The position numbers were made by a program, and so were the translations under genes. Shown here in pieces: positions 20,346 to 30,105 of a DNA stretch of 64,000 bases; position 1 is the stretch's first letter; the number at the start of each line of letters is the position of its first letter. The notes below the pieces were generated by a model, which worked only from the letters and a program-made list of their open reading frames with translations, had not been told where the DNA came from and did not search any database. The DNA is taken from NCBI GenBank assembly GCA_963675495.1, contig OY776215.1:2176001-2240000 (forward strand), given 5' to 3'. Source of the DNA: an uncultured Methanolobus sp. (GTDB lineage Archaea > Halobacteriota > Methanosarcinia > Methanosarcinales > Methanosarcinaceae).

Positions 20346-21439
20346 TCACTGCAATCCTTTGCTTCTTTAAAGGCTGCAACTACTTTTTCATTTTGTTCCT
20401 GTGTTCCCACAGTTACACGAATAAGGGAATTACCAGCATTCTTGAATGACCTGCAATCTCTGACAATAATACCTTTCTTTAGAAGCGATTCTGCCACATC
20501 TCTTGCAATCATGGGAGCAACATCCACCAGCACGAAATTAGCCTGAGAATCATATAATTTGAAAGGAATGTTCTCTAGCAAGAACTTGCGTCCTTCCTTT
20601 GAGCATGTGATACTTTTTTTTAGATACTCCTTGTCGGAAAGAGCTGCCACTCCGGCCATAACTGCAGGATAACTTACATTGAAAGGTGTTGCTATTTTCA
20701 TATACTGAAGCTTTAGCCACGTTGGCATGAGTCCATACCCTATTCTAAGGCCTGCTAATCCAAATGCTTTTGAGAAAGTCCTGCCGATAATAATATTATC
20801 GTATTTTGAGATCAGATGAGATAGGTTGTGGTCAGCGAACTCAACATAAGCCTCATCCACAAATACAAGTCCTTTTGTTGACTCAAGAATATCACATACA
20901 TCGGTTTCTTCCATGAGTTTGCCAGTAGGGTTGTTAGGGGAACAGAGGAAGATCACCTTTGTTTTGTCTGAAATTGCATCTTTTATCGCTGTCACATCAA
21001 ATTCAAGATCCTTGCCCGGAGCCACGTGAACGGCAACCGCACCATTTGCCCTTGCTACAATCTCATAATAAGAGAACGTAGGAGTGGGCAATACTACTTC
21101 ATCACCCGGTGTTATGAGCAACCTCATAAGGTTGTCCAGAAGGCCATCCATGCCCGGTCCTGATGCATATATGTTTTCTACAGGAAGGCCGGTATAAAGT
21201 GATATCGCATCAACTAATTCTGACGCATTAGCTGAAGGATATATGTTAACTTTGGATGCAGTGGATACGAGAGCTTCAACTGCCAGAGGAGAAGGACCCA
21301 GAACATTCTCATTTGAGCCCAATTTGATAATCTCAGACGGTTCGAATCCGTATTTTTTTGCTATCTCTTCAATTGATTTGCCAGGAACATATTCAGCAAT
21401 TGAAGCAACAACATCCTTGATAAGATCAGGCCTGCTCAA
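20339..21439 (-). CDS. hisC: histidinol-phosphate aminotransferase
   Basis: KLGSNEN, SPNNPTG, DEAY and [16 protein letters not shown]. Confidence 0.95.
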   Translation of the reverse strand: MSRPDLIKDVVASIAEYVPGKSIEEIAKKYGFEPSEIIKLGSNENVLGPSPLAVEALVSTASKVNIYPSANASELVDAISLYTGLPVENIYASGPGMDGLLDNLMRLLITPGDEVVLPTPTFSYYEIVARANGAVAVHVAPGKDLEFDVTAIKDAISDKTKVIFLCSPNNPTGKLMEETDVCDILESTKGLVFVDEAYVEFADHNLSHLISKYDNIIIGRTFSKAFGLAGLRIGYGLMPTWLKLQYMKIATPFNVSYPAVMAGVAALSDKEYLKKSITCSKEGRKFLLENIPFKLYDSQANFVLVDVAPMIARDVAESLLKKGIIVRDCRSFKNAGNSLIRVTVGTQEQNEKVVAAFKEAKDCSDQ

Positions 21440-22601
21440 GTACGCTCACCACCTGGTCTATCTGTTCTTTTGTAATGACCAGAGGGGGTGCTATACGTAA
21501 TACTGTTTCAGATGTGCAGTTAAGAAGTACACCATTCTTGCGGCCATGTTCAACAACATCCGCACATTTGCGATCGAACTGAACACCCAACATAAGGCCC
21601 TTTCCACGAACTTCAACAAGCCCTTCTGTGGAAAGGTTTGCTAGTTCATTCCGGAAGTATTCACCCATTTCCTTTGAACGCTGAACAAGATTCTCTTCCC
21701 GGATGATTTCAATAGATGCAAGTGCAGCTGCGCAGGCCAATGGACTGCCTCCGAATGTTGCGGCATGCTCACCACGACCAAAGGAAACTCCTTCACGTGC
21801 AGCAATAGCGCCCATAGGAAAACCTCCGCCAATTGCTTTGGCCATTGTCATGATGTCAGGTTCAACACCGAAATGCTCTTTGCAGAACCATTCCCCGGTC
21901 CTTCCAAAACCTGTCTGTACTTCATCGAAGATAAGAAGGGTTTCATTCTCATCACATATCTTGCGAACTTCTTTCAGGTAACCTTCAGATGGTACGTTAA
22001 TTCCACCTTCTCCTTGTATCGGTTCAACGATCACTGCTGCTGTGTTTGGAGTAATGGCATCTGATATTGCCTGTGCATCATTGAAGGGGACAAACTTCTC
22101 TTCTTGTACAAGTGGCTTGAAAGGAGCACGGTACATATCTTTGTACGTCAGGCTCAATGCACCCATTGTACGCCCGTGGAAAGAGTGTTCCACTGCTATA
22201 AAATCTGTTTTTTTAGTGTTGACCCTTGCAAGTTTCATTGCGGCTTCCACTGCCTCTGTGCCTGAGTTGCAGAAGAATACACGGTCCATTCCGGTTACAT
22301 TCACCAGTTGTTCAGCAAGCTCTGCCTGAGGTTTAGTGTAGTATATGTTGGAAACATGCATCAGCTTTTCAGCCTGAGTCTTTATTGCTTCTACAAGACG
22401 GGGGTGGCAGTGCCCTACATTTGTCACTGCAATACCGGCAACGCAATCAATGTATTCCTTTCCCTCGATATCATGGACAATAGAACCCTTTCCGCTCGAA
22501 AGTACTATTGGTTGGCGACCGTAGGTCTGCATTACATATTTTGAATCTTTGTCGAATATAGATTGTGAATCTAATGATGGAGAATTATAGTCCAGTTTCA
22601 A
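21426..22601 (-). CDS. argD: acetylornithine aminotransferase
   Basis: [21 protein letters not shown] and [11 protein letters not shown]. Confidence 0.93.
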   Translation of the reverse strand: MKLDYNSPSLDSQSIFDKDSKYVMQTYGRQPIVLSSGKGSIVHDIEGKEYIDCVAGIAVTNVGHCHPRLVEAIKTQAEKLMHVSNIYYTKPQAELAEQLVNVTGMDRVFFCNSGTEAVEAAMKLARVNTKKTDFIAVEHSFHGRTMGALSLTYKDMYRAPFKPLVQEEKFVPFNDAQAISDAITPNTAAVIVEPIQGEGGINVPSEGYLKEVRKICDENETLLIFDEVQTGFGRTGEWFCKEHFGVEPDIMTMAKAIGGGFPMGAIAAREGVSFGRGEHAATFGGSPLACAAALASIEIIREENLVQRSKEMGEYFRNELANLSTEGLVEVRGKGLMLGVQFDRKCADVVEHGRKNGVLLNCTSETVLRIAPPLVITKEQIDQVVSVLEQA

Positions 22602-22713
22602 GTTAACACCGGTCCAATATAATATTAGAACTTCTTTTAAATCTGACTATCGATACAAATGAAAAAAAGAAAACAAAAGTGATGTCAGGCTTCTGGTGAG
22701 GTTAACGACCACT

Positions 22714-23061
22714 TTAAAGAATGCGTCTATCAGGGACCTTTATCGCCACATAGAGGTGATAAAGGAAGATCAGAACTGAAAGCTGGAAAATTGTAAGAAT
22801 GGCACCTTTTACTGGGTCATGCTGTTTACTTCCCACAATGGAATTAATAGTAATCAACGCTTCAAAAAGATAAAGCACAAAACCAAATGTCAGAAAAATA
22901 AAATATTTTTTCAGGTCCTTAAAGGAAACGTAAATGCGTGAACGAATGACATCAGCATCTATCTTTAAAAGTAAATAAGATGTCAGCAACGATAAAATAA
23001 CTATGCACAGACGGATTGCAAGATCCATGAAATTGAACATTGAAATAGAATTCATAATCAT
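22714..23061 (-). CDS. small 3-TM membrane protein, unknown function
   Basis: Three hydrophobic segments; GAGGG SD and TATA-like sequence upstream. Confidence 0.7.
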   Translation of the reverse strand: MIMNSISMFNFMDLAIRLCIVILSLLTSYLLLKIDADVIRSRIYVSFKDLKKYFIFLTFGFVLYLFEALITINSIVGSKQHDPVKGAILTIFQLSVLIFLYHLYVAIKVPDRRIL

Positions 23062-23161
23062 TCCCTCATTAACTTATGTGTATCACACTGCATATGCCAT
23101 TGAATACACAGTTTCATCAATGGGTTATTGTGCATTATTATATATAAATACATGCATATAA

Positions 23162-24040
23162 TTACAAATCCAGCTCCATCAGCTCATTATCACTCAAAGC
23201 ATCCTCATCCTCACGCTCAAAGATAATACCTCCGGGTGCACGCATCACACCATCTACGCGAGCGGTCTCATGGATCGTCACCGACTGAGAATTAATCTCG
23301 CCCAGAATATGAGTGCCGGCAGCAACGTATACATTACCTCTTGAGATTATGTTTCCATGAATTACATTGTCTGTTCCAAGTTTAACATCCTGGATGGTGC
23401 GAACGCTTCCATAAAGTGTGGTCTCGTTAGCCATTTCAAGAGAAGTAGCGCGTATGTTGCCAACTAGTCTGCAGTTGCTTCCTATAATGGCATTTGATGG
23501 TACTTTCATGGAGTCCATGGATATTTTGGAGCCGTTAGGGATTATCATGGAATTAAGCCCTATAGATTCAATATCATCCTCAAATAGTTCTCCCAATGCC
23601 TTTTCAACTTCTTCATCCTTTCCAAGTCTTAAGAGCTCACTAATGTAAAGGAAAAGGTAAACTATGACCGGGACAGGGTTCCTTACAACAATCCATCCCT
23701 TTGCCTCAAAACCACCATTGATCTTCACATCATTGCCAATGTCAAGGTCACTTTTCACCACCAATTTACCTTCAATGGTAACAAATTCACCGATATAGGC
23801 ATTCTTGTCTGTTTTGACATTCCCACCTATCTGTGACCAGATATCGATCCTTGCATCGCCGGTAGATGTCAGGTCGCCGGCAAGGGATACTCTTTCCCCC
23901 AATATTATCGAATTTGCAATGATACCGTATTTGATCTCAGAGTGATTACCAGCAATGACATCCCCATCTACGACTATTGTATGTTCTTCCATCCTGGTAT
24001 TGTCTGGAATTACAAAGGTCTTAAAAATCTCCTCTTCTAT
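23162..24040 (-). CDS. bactofilin-like/beta-helix repeat protein (often annotated acyltransferase); probable ATA start
   Basis: Repeated [IV]xG[ND][IV] beta-helix pattern. Frame is open upstream of ATG 23992 (IEEEIFKTFVIPDNTR-M) with GGAGAGTGA SD 4 nt before ATA at 24040. Confidence 0.75.
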   Translation of the reverse strand: MEEEIFKTFVIPDNTRMEEHTIVVDGDVIAGNHSEIKYGIIANSIILGERVSLAGDLTSTGDARIDIWSQIGGNVKTDKNAYIGEFVTIEGKLVVKSDLDIGNDVKINGGFEAKGWIVVRNPVPVIVYLFLYISELLRLGKDEEVEKALGELFEDDIESIGLNSMIIPNGSKISMDSMKVPSNAIIGSNCRLVGNIRATSLEMANETTLYGSVRTIQDVKLGTDNVIHGNIISRGNVYVAAGTHILGEINSQSVTIHETARVDGVMRAPGGIIFEREDEDALSDNELMELDL

Positions 24041-24135
24041 GATTTCACTCTCCGGCTGGGGATTTACTTAATCAAAGTTATTACTATGACTTTATTTCCA
24101 CGTATTTAATAGATATAGATTTATAAATAGTTATT

Positions 24136-24609
24136 CTAAGATTGTGCTATCCCGCGCCTTACATCAACCGCAGGACCTCTTTCCATGCAAATTGCCTCAT
24201 GAGGGGACAATAATAATTGACCAGTTGCCATAATAGAGTCTGATTCGTCAACAATTATCACTTCATCGCCTGCCCTGAGTTCAGGATCAACATCTAATAC
24301 ATGCTTTGCAAAAGCAGTTTTGCCTTTTGATACAAAAGGTGCTGCATCTTCACAGATAACTACTCTTGAGGCAGGTTTTTTGAGCATACCATGCAATGCA
24401 GCCGCACCATCAATGCTGAGTGTAAGCATACCATCCTTTGCACGGACGGTTGCCACATGCTTGCCATTATAATGGACCTGCCTGACACGCTTGGTTCTGG
24501 AAAGTTGGAATGTGACATCATCAGGGAAAATGACTTCTCCACACCCTTTTCCAAATTGAATATCAGCCATTATTCTTACTTTTTTAAGATTTTTGTCAGC
24601 ATTGCTCAT
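24136..24609 (-). CDS. stand-alone PUA-domain protein (arcTGT C-terminal-like)
   Basis: ADIQFG, GKTAFAKHV, LRAGDEV and AVDVRRG. Confidence 0.85.
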   Translation of the reverse strand: MSNADKNLKKVRIMADIQFGKGCGEVIFPDDVTFQLSRTKRVRQVHYNGKHVATVRAKDGMLTLSIDGAAALHGMLKKPASRVVICEDAAPFVSKGKTAFAKHVLDVDPELRAGDEVIIVDESDSIMATGQLLLSPHEAICMERGPAVDVRRGIAQS

Positions 24610-24749
24610 AGATGCTATGATAAAGTATAAGTTTTAAAATGATAGCGGTTAATTGAAAGTAATGTATCCTTTATTTAATAGAGTTCACTATAAATGGTAT
24701 ATAAAGAATATCGAACAGATTTATATATAATAATAGCTAATTATAAGTT

Positions 24750-24876
24750 GAGGAAACGGGAACAACTGCTTGTAACTGTATTCAAAGGTATAGTAACTAT
24801 AACCAAGCAAAACCATTCATCCCCTCAAACATGGCCCCGTTTCCTCGTTGCTCAATAATAGAGCCAAATTATTTTT
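24750..24876 (+). ncRNA. candidate structured small RNA
   Basis: TTTATATA at 24720-24727; 11-bp closing stem GAGGAAACGGG/CCCGTTTCCTC; internal hairpins; 3' hairpin GCTC/GAGC then T-run; no ORF. Confidence 0.65.
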
Positions 24877-24956
24877 CAAGATAATTATTTCCCGTTAGTT
24901 ATATCTTTTTTACATCGGAACCATGGAACAAAAAAATAAAAGGGGACTAACAGATG

Positions 24957-26426
24957 TTAACCTTTAACGACTCCCATGGGAAGAACACGTGCAACCTTTG
25001 TGGCAATCCCAAGTTTGTGCACAACATCAACAACATCACTACTGGATTTATACACTGCTGGTGCTTCTTCGGCTATGAGTGAAGGCTGATTTGCCTTGAC
25101 AATTATTCCCTGTGACTTCAACTCTTTCTGAATCTCTTCACCTCGCAGCTCCTGTTTTGCACTCTTACGACTCATGACCCTTCCGGCACCATGACAGGCA
25201 CTGCCAAATGTGAGTTCCATTGCAGCGGGGCCACCTTTTAGAACATAGGATGCAGTGCCCATACTCCCGGGAATTATGACAGGTTGACCTATGTCACGAT
25301 AATCTTCGGGGACTTCCGGATGACCTGCCGGAAATGCACGTGTGGCACCTTTCCTGTGAACATATACCTCTTTTTCCTCGCCATCAATACTGTGTTTCTC
25401 GAGCTTTGCAACATTATGAGCAACATCATAGACAAGATCAAGTCCAAGGTCACCATGTTCAGCTTTGAAGAAACTATCAAACACCTCACGTGCCCAGTGC
25501 ATTATCACCTGACGGTTGACCCATGCATAGTTTGCTGCACATGTCATTGCTTTGAAATAATCCTGTGCTTCCTCCGACCCCGCAGGAGCGCATGCGAGCT
25601 GTTTATCCGGAAGTGCTATCTTATACTTTTTTGAAGCCTGGGTAAGTACCTGCAGGTGGTCTGTGCATATCTGATGGCCTGCGCCACGGGAACCACAGTG
25701 TATCATAAAGGTGATCTGCCCCTCTTTTAGGCCAAATGCTTCCGCTGCTTCTTCATCATATATCTTATCCACATACTGGACCTCAAGGAAATGGTTGCCA
25801 CTTCCAAGGGTACCGATCTGTGGCCTGCCTCTTTTACGGGCCTTTATACTAACTTTTGAAGGGTCTGCCCCTGGCATCATGCCGTTGCTCTCGCAATGAG
25901 TGATATCTCCTTCTACACCATACCCGTTCTCTACAGCCCAACGGACTCCATGTACAAAAATGTCATCGAGTTCGCTGTCATTGACCTTTCTACGGCTCTT
26001 TGAACCAACACCGGAAGGTATGGCCTCAAACAGAGAATCCAGCAACTCCGGAAGTTTAGGTCGGATATCGGTCTCTGAAAGATTTGAGCGTATCAGACGC
26101 ACCCCACAGTTGATGTCAAAACCAACGCCACCAGGACTTATCACACCTTCGTCCTTATCGAAGGCAGCAACACCTCCAATGGAAAAACCATAACCAAGAT
26201 GAGCATCAGGCATTGCCATTGAATATTTCTGGATTCCTGGAAGAGATGCTACATTTGCAACCTGATCAAGAGTCTCCTTTTCCAGAAGATCAAGTAGCGT
26301 TTTTGACACAAATATCCTGCCAGGAACATTCATGCCGGGTTTGAAATTATCTGGTACCTCCCACGTGTTGTCATTGACCTTTGTAAGAATATCATAAACT
26401 GAACTTTTATTTTCCTCTGACATCAT
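24957..26426 (-). CDS. rtcB: RNA-splicing ligase RtcB
   Basis: MPDAHLGYG, GFDINCG, GSGNHF, HRKGAT, PGSMG and HGAGR. Confidence 0.97.
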   Translation of the reverse strand: MMSEENKSSVYDILTKVNDNTWEVPDNFKPGMNVPGRIFVSKTLLDLLEKETLDQVANVASLPGIQKYSMAMPDAHLGYGFSIGGVAAFDKDEGVISPGGVGFDINCGVRLIRSNLSETDIRPKLPELLDSLFEAIPSGVGSKSRRKVNDSELDDIFVHGVRWAVENGYGVEGDITHCESNGMMPGADPSKVSIKARKRGRPQIGTLGSGNHFLEVQYVDKIYDEEAAEAFGLKEGQITFMIHCGSRGAGHQICTDHLQVLTQASKKYKIALPDKQLACAPAGSEEAQDYFKAMTCAANYAWVNRQVIMHWAREVFDSFFKAEHGDLGLDLVYDVAHNVAKLEKHSIDGEEKEVYVHRKGATRAFPAGHPEVPEDYRDIGQPVIIPGSMGTASYVLKGGPAAMELTFGSACHGAGRVMSRKSAKQELRGEEIQKELKSQGIIVKANQPSLIAEEAPAVYKSSSDVVDVVHKLGIATKVARVLPMGVVKG

Positions 26427-26535
26427 TATTCCTCTTGCCAAATTCTTCCTATAAACTATCTATAGGGGCTATATGCTCTAATCTTATGAATACATTGATA
26501 ATAATAACAGGCGGTATTAACAAATACAGATAGAT

Positions 26536-26979
26536 TCAGGTGTCTACTGTTGCCTGTATCATCCAGCCTTCGTCTGTTTTTTCAATTTTCATCTCGTTGT
26601 ATGTGGCTGCTTTTACTTCGGTGTCAAATACATGAACAGAAAGGTCCATTGCTTCCCCATTTAGAGTTGCAGACATGGAACATTCTCCATCGCTGACATC
26701 CACCTCGTTGACCATGACGCGACCAAATACCATTTCATCAACTTCAAAAACAAAGAGTATCTCAGAAAGCCAGTCAAAAAGCAGACTGTCGAGGTCAGGA
26801 GAAGTCAGTTCAATATCAACCGACAAATTATTTTGCACTGAACTGGTATCAACCATGACATTAAGCATGGCAAGGGCAGCATTCTGGAAAGCTTCCTCAA
26901 GGGTTTTGCCGTAAGCACGGAATTTGGCATCTGCCGTGTGTTCCAGATACTCGAAATCCTTGTTCATATGAAGTGACAT
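26536..26979 (-). CDS. archease
   Basis: EHTAD, EVKAATY and C-terminal VDT; upstream of rtcB. Confidence 0.93.
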   Translation of the reverse strand: MSLHMNKDFEYLEHTADAKFRAYGKTLEEAFQNAALAMLNVMVDTSSVQNNLSVDIELTSPDLDSLLFDWLSEILFVFEVDEMVFGRVMVNEVDVSDGECSMSATLNGEAMDLSVHVFDTEVKAATYNEMKIEKTDEGWMIQATVDT

Positions 26980-27040
26980 GAACCTTAATTGATTCTTGTA
27001 TAATTAAATCAGTCCCCCGGCAAGTGGGTGTTTGCCTGCA

Positions 27041-27667
27041 TTATTCGAGCTGCTTCCAGATATGAGCTATACGCTGGAACGCTGTTATATGGCTTCCAAC
27101 ACCGATGATGATGATCATCCAACCAAGTGATGAGAAACCGTATATTGTGAATGGATATGCAAAATAGATAACTGAAGCGAGTATTATGAGCACCAGCCTG
27201 TCAGCTCTTCCGATTATACCACCGTAGTACCTTCCAAGATGAAGTGCCTGCGCCTGCGTACCAAGATAACTTGTAAGCAATATACCCACTATGGCTACGA
27301 CGCCTATCTGCCAGTCCACATAGCCACCAAAGAAGATACCACAAATTATGAATACATCAGAATAACGATCAATGACGTGGTCGAGGAAGTCACCTTTGGC
27401 ACTGGCTACGTTGAGATAGCGTGCCATAAGACCATCCATTGCATCAAGTAGGGAGTTAAGTGCAACCAGTGACCCCGCGACTAATACAAGAAGAGGGTCA
27501 AACGATGAGTAGTAGTAAAAAAAACCTGCTAATGCGGCAAACAAAAGCGAGAACATTGATATTGCATTTGGAGAAATGCCTGCATCTGCCGTTATCTTTG
27601 CCAGCGGCTCAAGTATTTTTGATGCTACGGGTCTTAGGGCATTGAATGTCATGAGTATTGTGTCCAA
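27041..27667 (-). CDS. CDP-alcohol phosphatidyltransferase (archaetidylinositol-phosphate/PgsA-like)
   Basis: DAMDGLMAR..GDFLDHVIDRYSD. Confidence 0.88.
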   Translation of the reverse strand: MDTILMTFNALRPVASKILEPLAKITADAGISPNAISMFSLLFAALAGFFYYYSSFDPLLVLVAGSLVALNSLLDAMDGLMARYLNVASAKGDFLDHVIDRYSDVFIICGIFFGGYVDWQIGVVAIVGILLTSYLGTQAQALHLGRYYGGIIGRADRLVLIILASVIYFAYPFTIYGFSSLGWMIIIIGVGSHITAFQRIAHIWKQLE

Positions 27668-27710
27668 TGAGCATTTTTATGATTTAACGTTTTCCGGGGA
27701 TTTGACTAAA

Positions 27711-28265
27711 TTAGTTTTTCTTTGCGAGGTCATACCAGTATTTGATCTTACATGAATGCTCTACCTGAGTTGTTAATATGTATGCCTCATCAAGAATCTT
27801 CCCAATAGTGAAGGTACCATGGCTGTAAATTATGGATGTTTTGTGTGATGCAAGGGACGTAGCGAGATTCTGCGCAAGTTCATTGGAACCAATCCCGCCT
27901 TTGACAATGGGCACTTCACCAAGGAAATACTGACCCTCACTGTCCGCAGGGGTGATAATATCATCTTCTGCAAGTAGAGAGAGAGTTACTGCAAAAGGAC
28001 AGTGTGCATGAACTATGGCAAGTGCCGGAGTGTTCCTGTATATTGCCCGGTGGACAATGGTTTCTGAGGATGCGATCATATCAAGGGCACATGATTCATC
28101 AAGGCTCACCTCTACAACGCCACCCTGTGTGATCTCATCCAGAGCGCAACCGCTTCGTGTGATCAGCATACGGTTGCCAACTCTCACGCTGATGTTACCA
28201 AAGTGGGATTCCACCAGCCCGTTTTCCACAAGTTTTTTTCCAATCCTTGATATTTCACGCCACAT
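27711..28265 (-). CDS. class II aldolase/adducin family (FucA-like)
   Basis: GNISVR, ASSETIVH, HAH and HG motifs. Confidence 0.88.
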   Translation of the reverse strand: MWREISRIGKKLVENGLVESHFGNISVRVGNRMLITRSGCALDEITQGGVVEVSLDESCALDMIASSETIVHRAIYRNTPALAIVHAHCPFAVTLSLLAEDDIITPADSEGQYFLGEVPIVKGGIGSNELAQNLATSLASHKTSIIYSHGTFTIGKILDEAYILTTQVEHSCKIKYWYDLAKKN

Positions 28266-28363
28266 AGGACATCTCCTTACAGGGTGCTACCATAAAATTT
28301 ATCTGCTATTATGATATGTAAGGGAATGCTTTCCATAAATAGATGTGGAGTGAGCATCTCAGC

Positions 28364-28437
28364 GCCTCGATGGCTCAGCCCGGCAGAGCGAGTGATTTGT
28401 AATCACTAGGTCGCGTGTTCAAATCACGCTCGAGGCT
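28364..28437 (+). tRNA. tRNA-Thr(TGT)
   Basis: Acceptor GCCTCGA/TCGAGGC; anticodon arm AGTGA-TTTGTAA-TCACT; T-arm GCGTG-TTCAAAT-CACGC; no encoded CCA. Confidence 0.96.
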
Positions 28438-28656
28438 TTTTATTACTTTTTTAGAAATGTACTTATTATGTCCAGTGTGGCATTTATCCCCTCTTTGATT
28501 GTGATTATATTGCCAAACATTAATTCCAGTACGTAGTGATTTTTAATAAGGGTATATTTGTGATAAAACCTAGTGATCATTCAATGAAGTAAAATGCCGT
28601 GTCTGTAAACCCGAACCTGGCACTAATAAAAAAGATAAAAAGATACTAATTATCGC

Positions 28657-28896
28657 CTACTTTAACTGATACTTTTTCATTTCATATTTTGCCATCAGAT
28701 TGGAACCAAAAACGTATACCAGAATGATAATACCTAGCCAGATAAAGTGACCTCCCAATTCAGGCCTGCCTAAATATTTTAAGAGTAAGCCTATACTGAA
28801 TACCACCATATTTGCCATGCCTACTTTTTTATTTCGTTTCACTGTTTCAGCATACAGCTCTTTGCGTACAAGGTACTCTTTTTTTTCATCCTTCAC
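28657..28896 (-). CDS. small 2-TM membrane protein
   Basis: Two hydrophobic segments with charged termini. Confidence 0.6.
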   Translation of the reverse strand: MKDEKKEYLVRKELYAETVKRNKKVGMANMVVFSIGLLLKYLGRPELGGHFIWLGIIILVYVFGSNLMAKYEMKKYQLK

Positions 28897-29047
28897 ATTT
28901 TCACATCCAAGATATGTATATTATAAAACCAGTGACTCAAAACCTTTTTGGCAAAATGGATGTTTGTAACTGATAATTTGGTTAATGCTTAGCTATTGAT
29001 TTTCTGCTGACAAACATCCTTATATAAGCTCAAATTCACCTAGCACC

Positions 29048-29251
29048 ATGAATCCGGGAAGCTCCAGAAAGAATATCAAAATCGGACTAAGCGTAGGAAT
29101 TGTTCTCAAGCAAGATCAGAAGAGTGGAAAAATAACCAAGGGTGTTGTCAAGAAAATCCTGACCAATTCCTCATCGCATCCACACGGGATAAAAGTACAA
29201 TTGGAAGATGGCCGGGTTGGAAGAGTAAAAGAAATCTACTCTGGTGTCTAA
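29048..29251 (+). CDS. YwbE/DUF2196-family protein
   Basis: IVLKQDQ..LTNSSSHPHGIKVQLEDGRVGRV. Confidence 0.88.
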   Translation: MNPGSSRKNIKIGLSVGIVLKQDQKSGKITKGVVKKILTNSSSHPHGIKVQLEDGRVGRVKEIYSGV

Positions 29252-29273
29252 TCGATTTTATATTATTGTCTTA

Positions 29274-29462
29274 TCACACATTTTTAGTATAACATGCAAA
29301 ACTCTTATTGCAACTGGTACACCTTGATGCGGATTTAAAGTTTGCTCCAAAATCAGCCGGATTGCCGGAACTTATTGAAACACAAACAATGGACTGTCCT
29401 AGGGGAATTGTCGCAAGGATCTGTGACCCGCAGCCTGGACATACCACACTTTCAAGATTCAT
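29274..29462 (-). CDS. small zinc-ribbon protein
   Basis: CPGC...CTSC; GAGGA SD before ATG 29462. Confidence 0.6.
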   Translation of the reverse strand: MNLESVVCPGCGSQILATIPLGQSIVCVSISSGNPADFGANFKSASRCTSCNKSFACYTKNV

Positions 29463-29615
29463 ATCTACATTCCTCTCTGATTTCTCCAATGGAAATCACA
29501 TTATACTGGAAAAAATACAAATGTACAAAAAAAGTTTTCCAGGCAGATACTGATCAAAAACTGACCGTTTTGCATCTACCTTTTTATTGAAAATTGTAGT
29601 TATACTAAAGTATAA

Positions 29616-29807
29616 CTAGTATCTTGCTGGTCTGTGCTTCTGGAAGCATTCCCTGCAGTATACAGGTCTGTCGCCAGATGGCTTGAAAGGTACTTCGGTT
29701 TCCTGTTTGCAGTCTGAGCATGTTGCTTTGTGCATCTCTCTTGGACCGCTTGATCTGAAGCCGCCGCCGCCGCCTCTGCTGTTTCCGCCTCTGTCATTGT
29801 ATCCCAT
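29616..29807 (-). CDS. CxxC-x17-CxxC domain protein
   Basis: RGG-rich N-terminus; MHKATCSDC..VPFKP..RPVYCRECF; AAGGAG SD. Confidence 0.9.
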   Translation of the reverse strand: MGYNDRGGNSRGGGGGFRSSGPREMHKATCSDCKQETEVPFKPSGDRPVYCRECFQKHRPARY

Positions 29808-30030
29808 ATTTTATATCTCCTTAGTTTTCTATTAGTTCGCTCAGCAAAGCCGAGATTGAGACGTTACGCATGATTAGTTTTATCCGGCCTTAGCCAGATA
29901 CTTCCATCCTATACGACTAACTCTAATTGTCCTAGCAATTGTTAAAAGAAGCACATAAAAATATAGTAACCCTTTATTAAATCGTTGACCAATCGAACTA
30001 ACTATAGTACAACACTATGTGATATAAACC
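29808..30030 (-). promoter_or_regulatory. promoter plus long structured 5' leader
   Basis: TTTATAT near 30022-30028; terminal pairing TTAGTTCG/CGAACTAA and several internal hairpins. Confidence 0.55.
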
Positions 30031-30105
30031 CGCTGCTGTCAATTAACTTGTTGAAATTGTTCAAATAACGCAACTTGAACTATTAAAGAACACAAAAAAG
30101 GCATT

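Noticed and set aside
29600-29797. Alternative-frame 65-aa ORF (MTEAETAEAAAAA) and GCC repeats
   Set aside because: Out-of-frame overlap of the CxxC-x17-CxxC gene; the repeat is its poly-Gly codons
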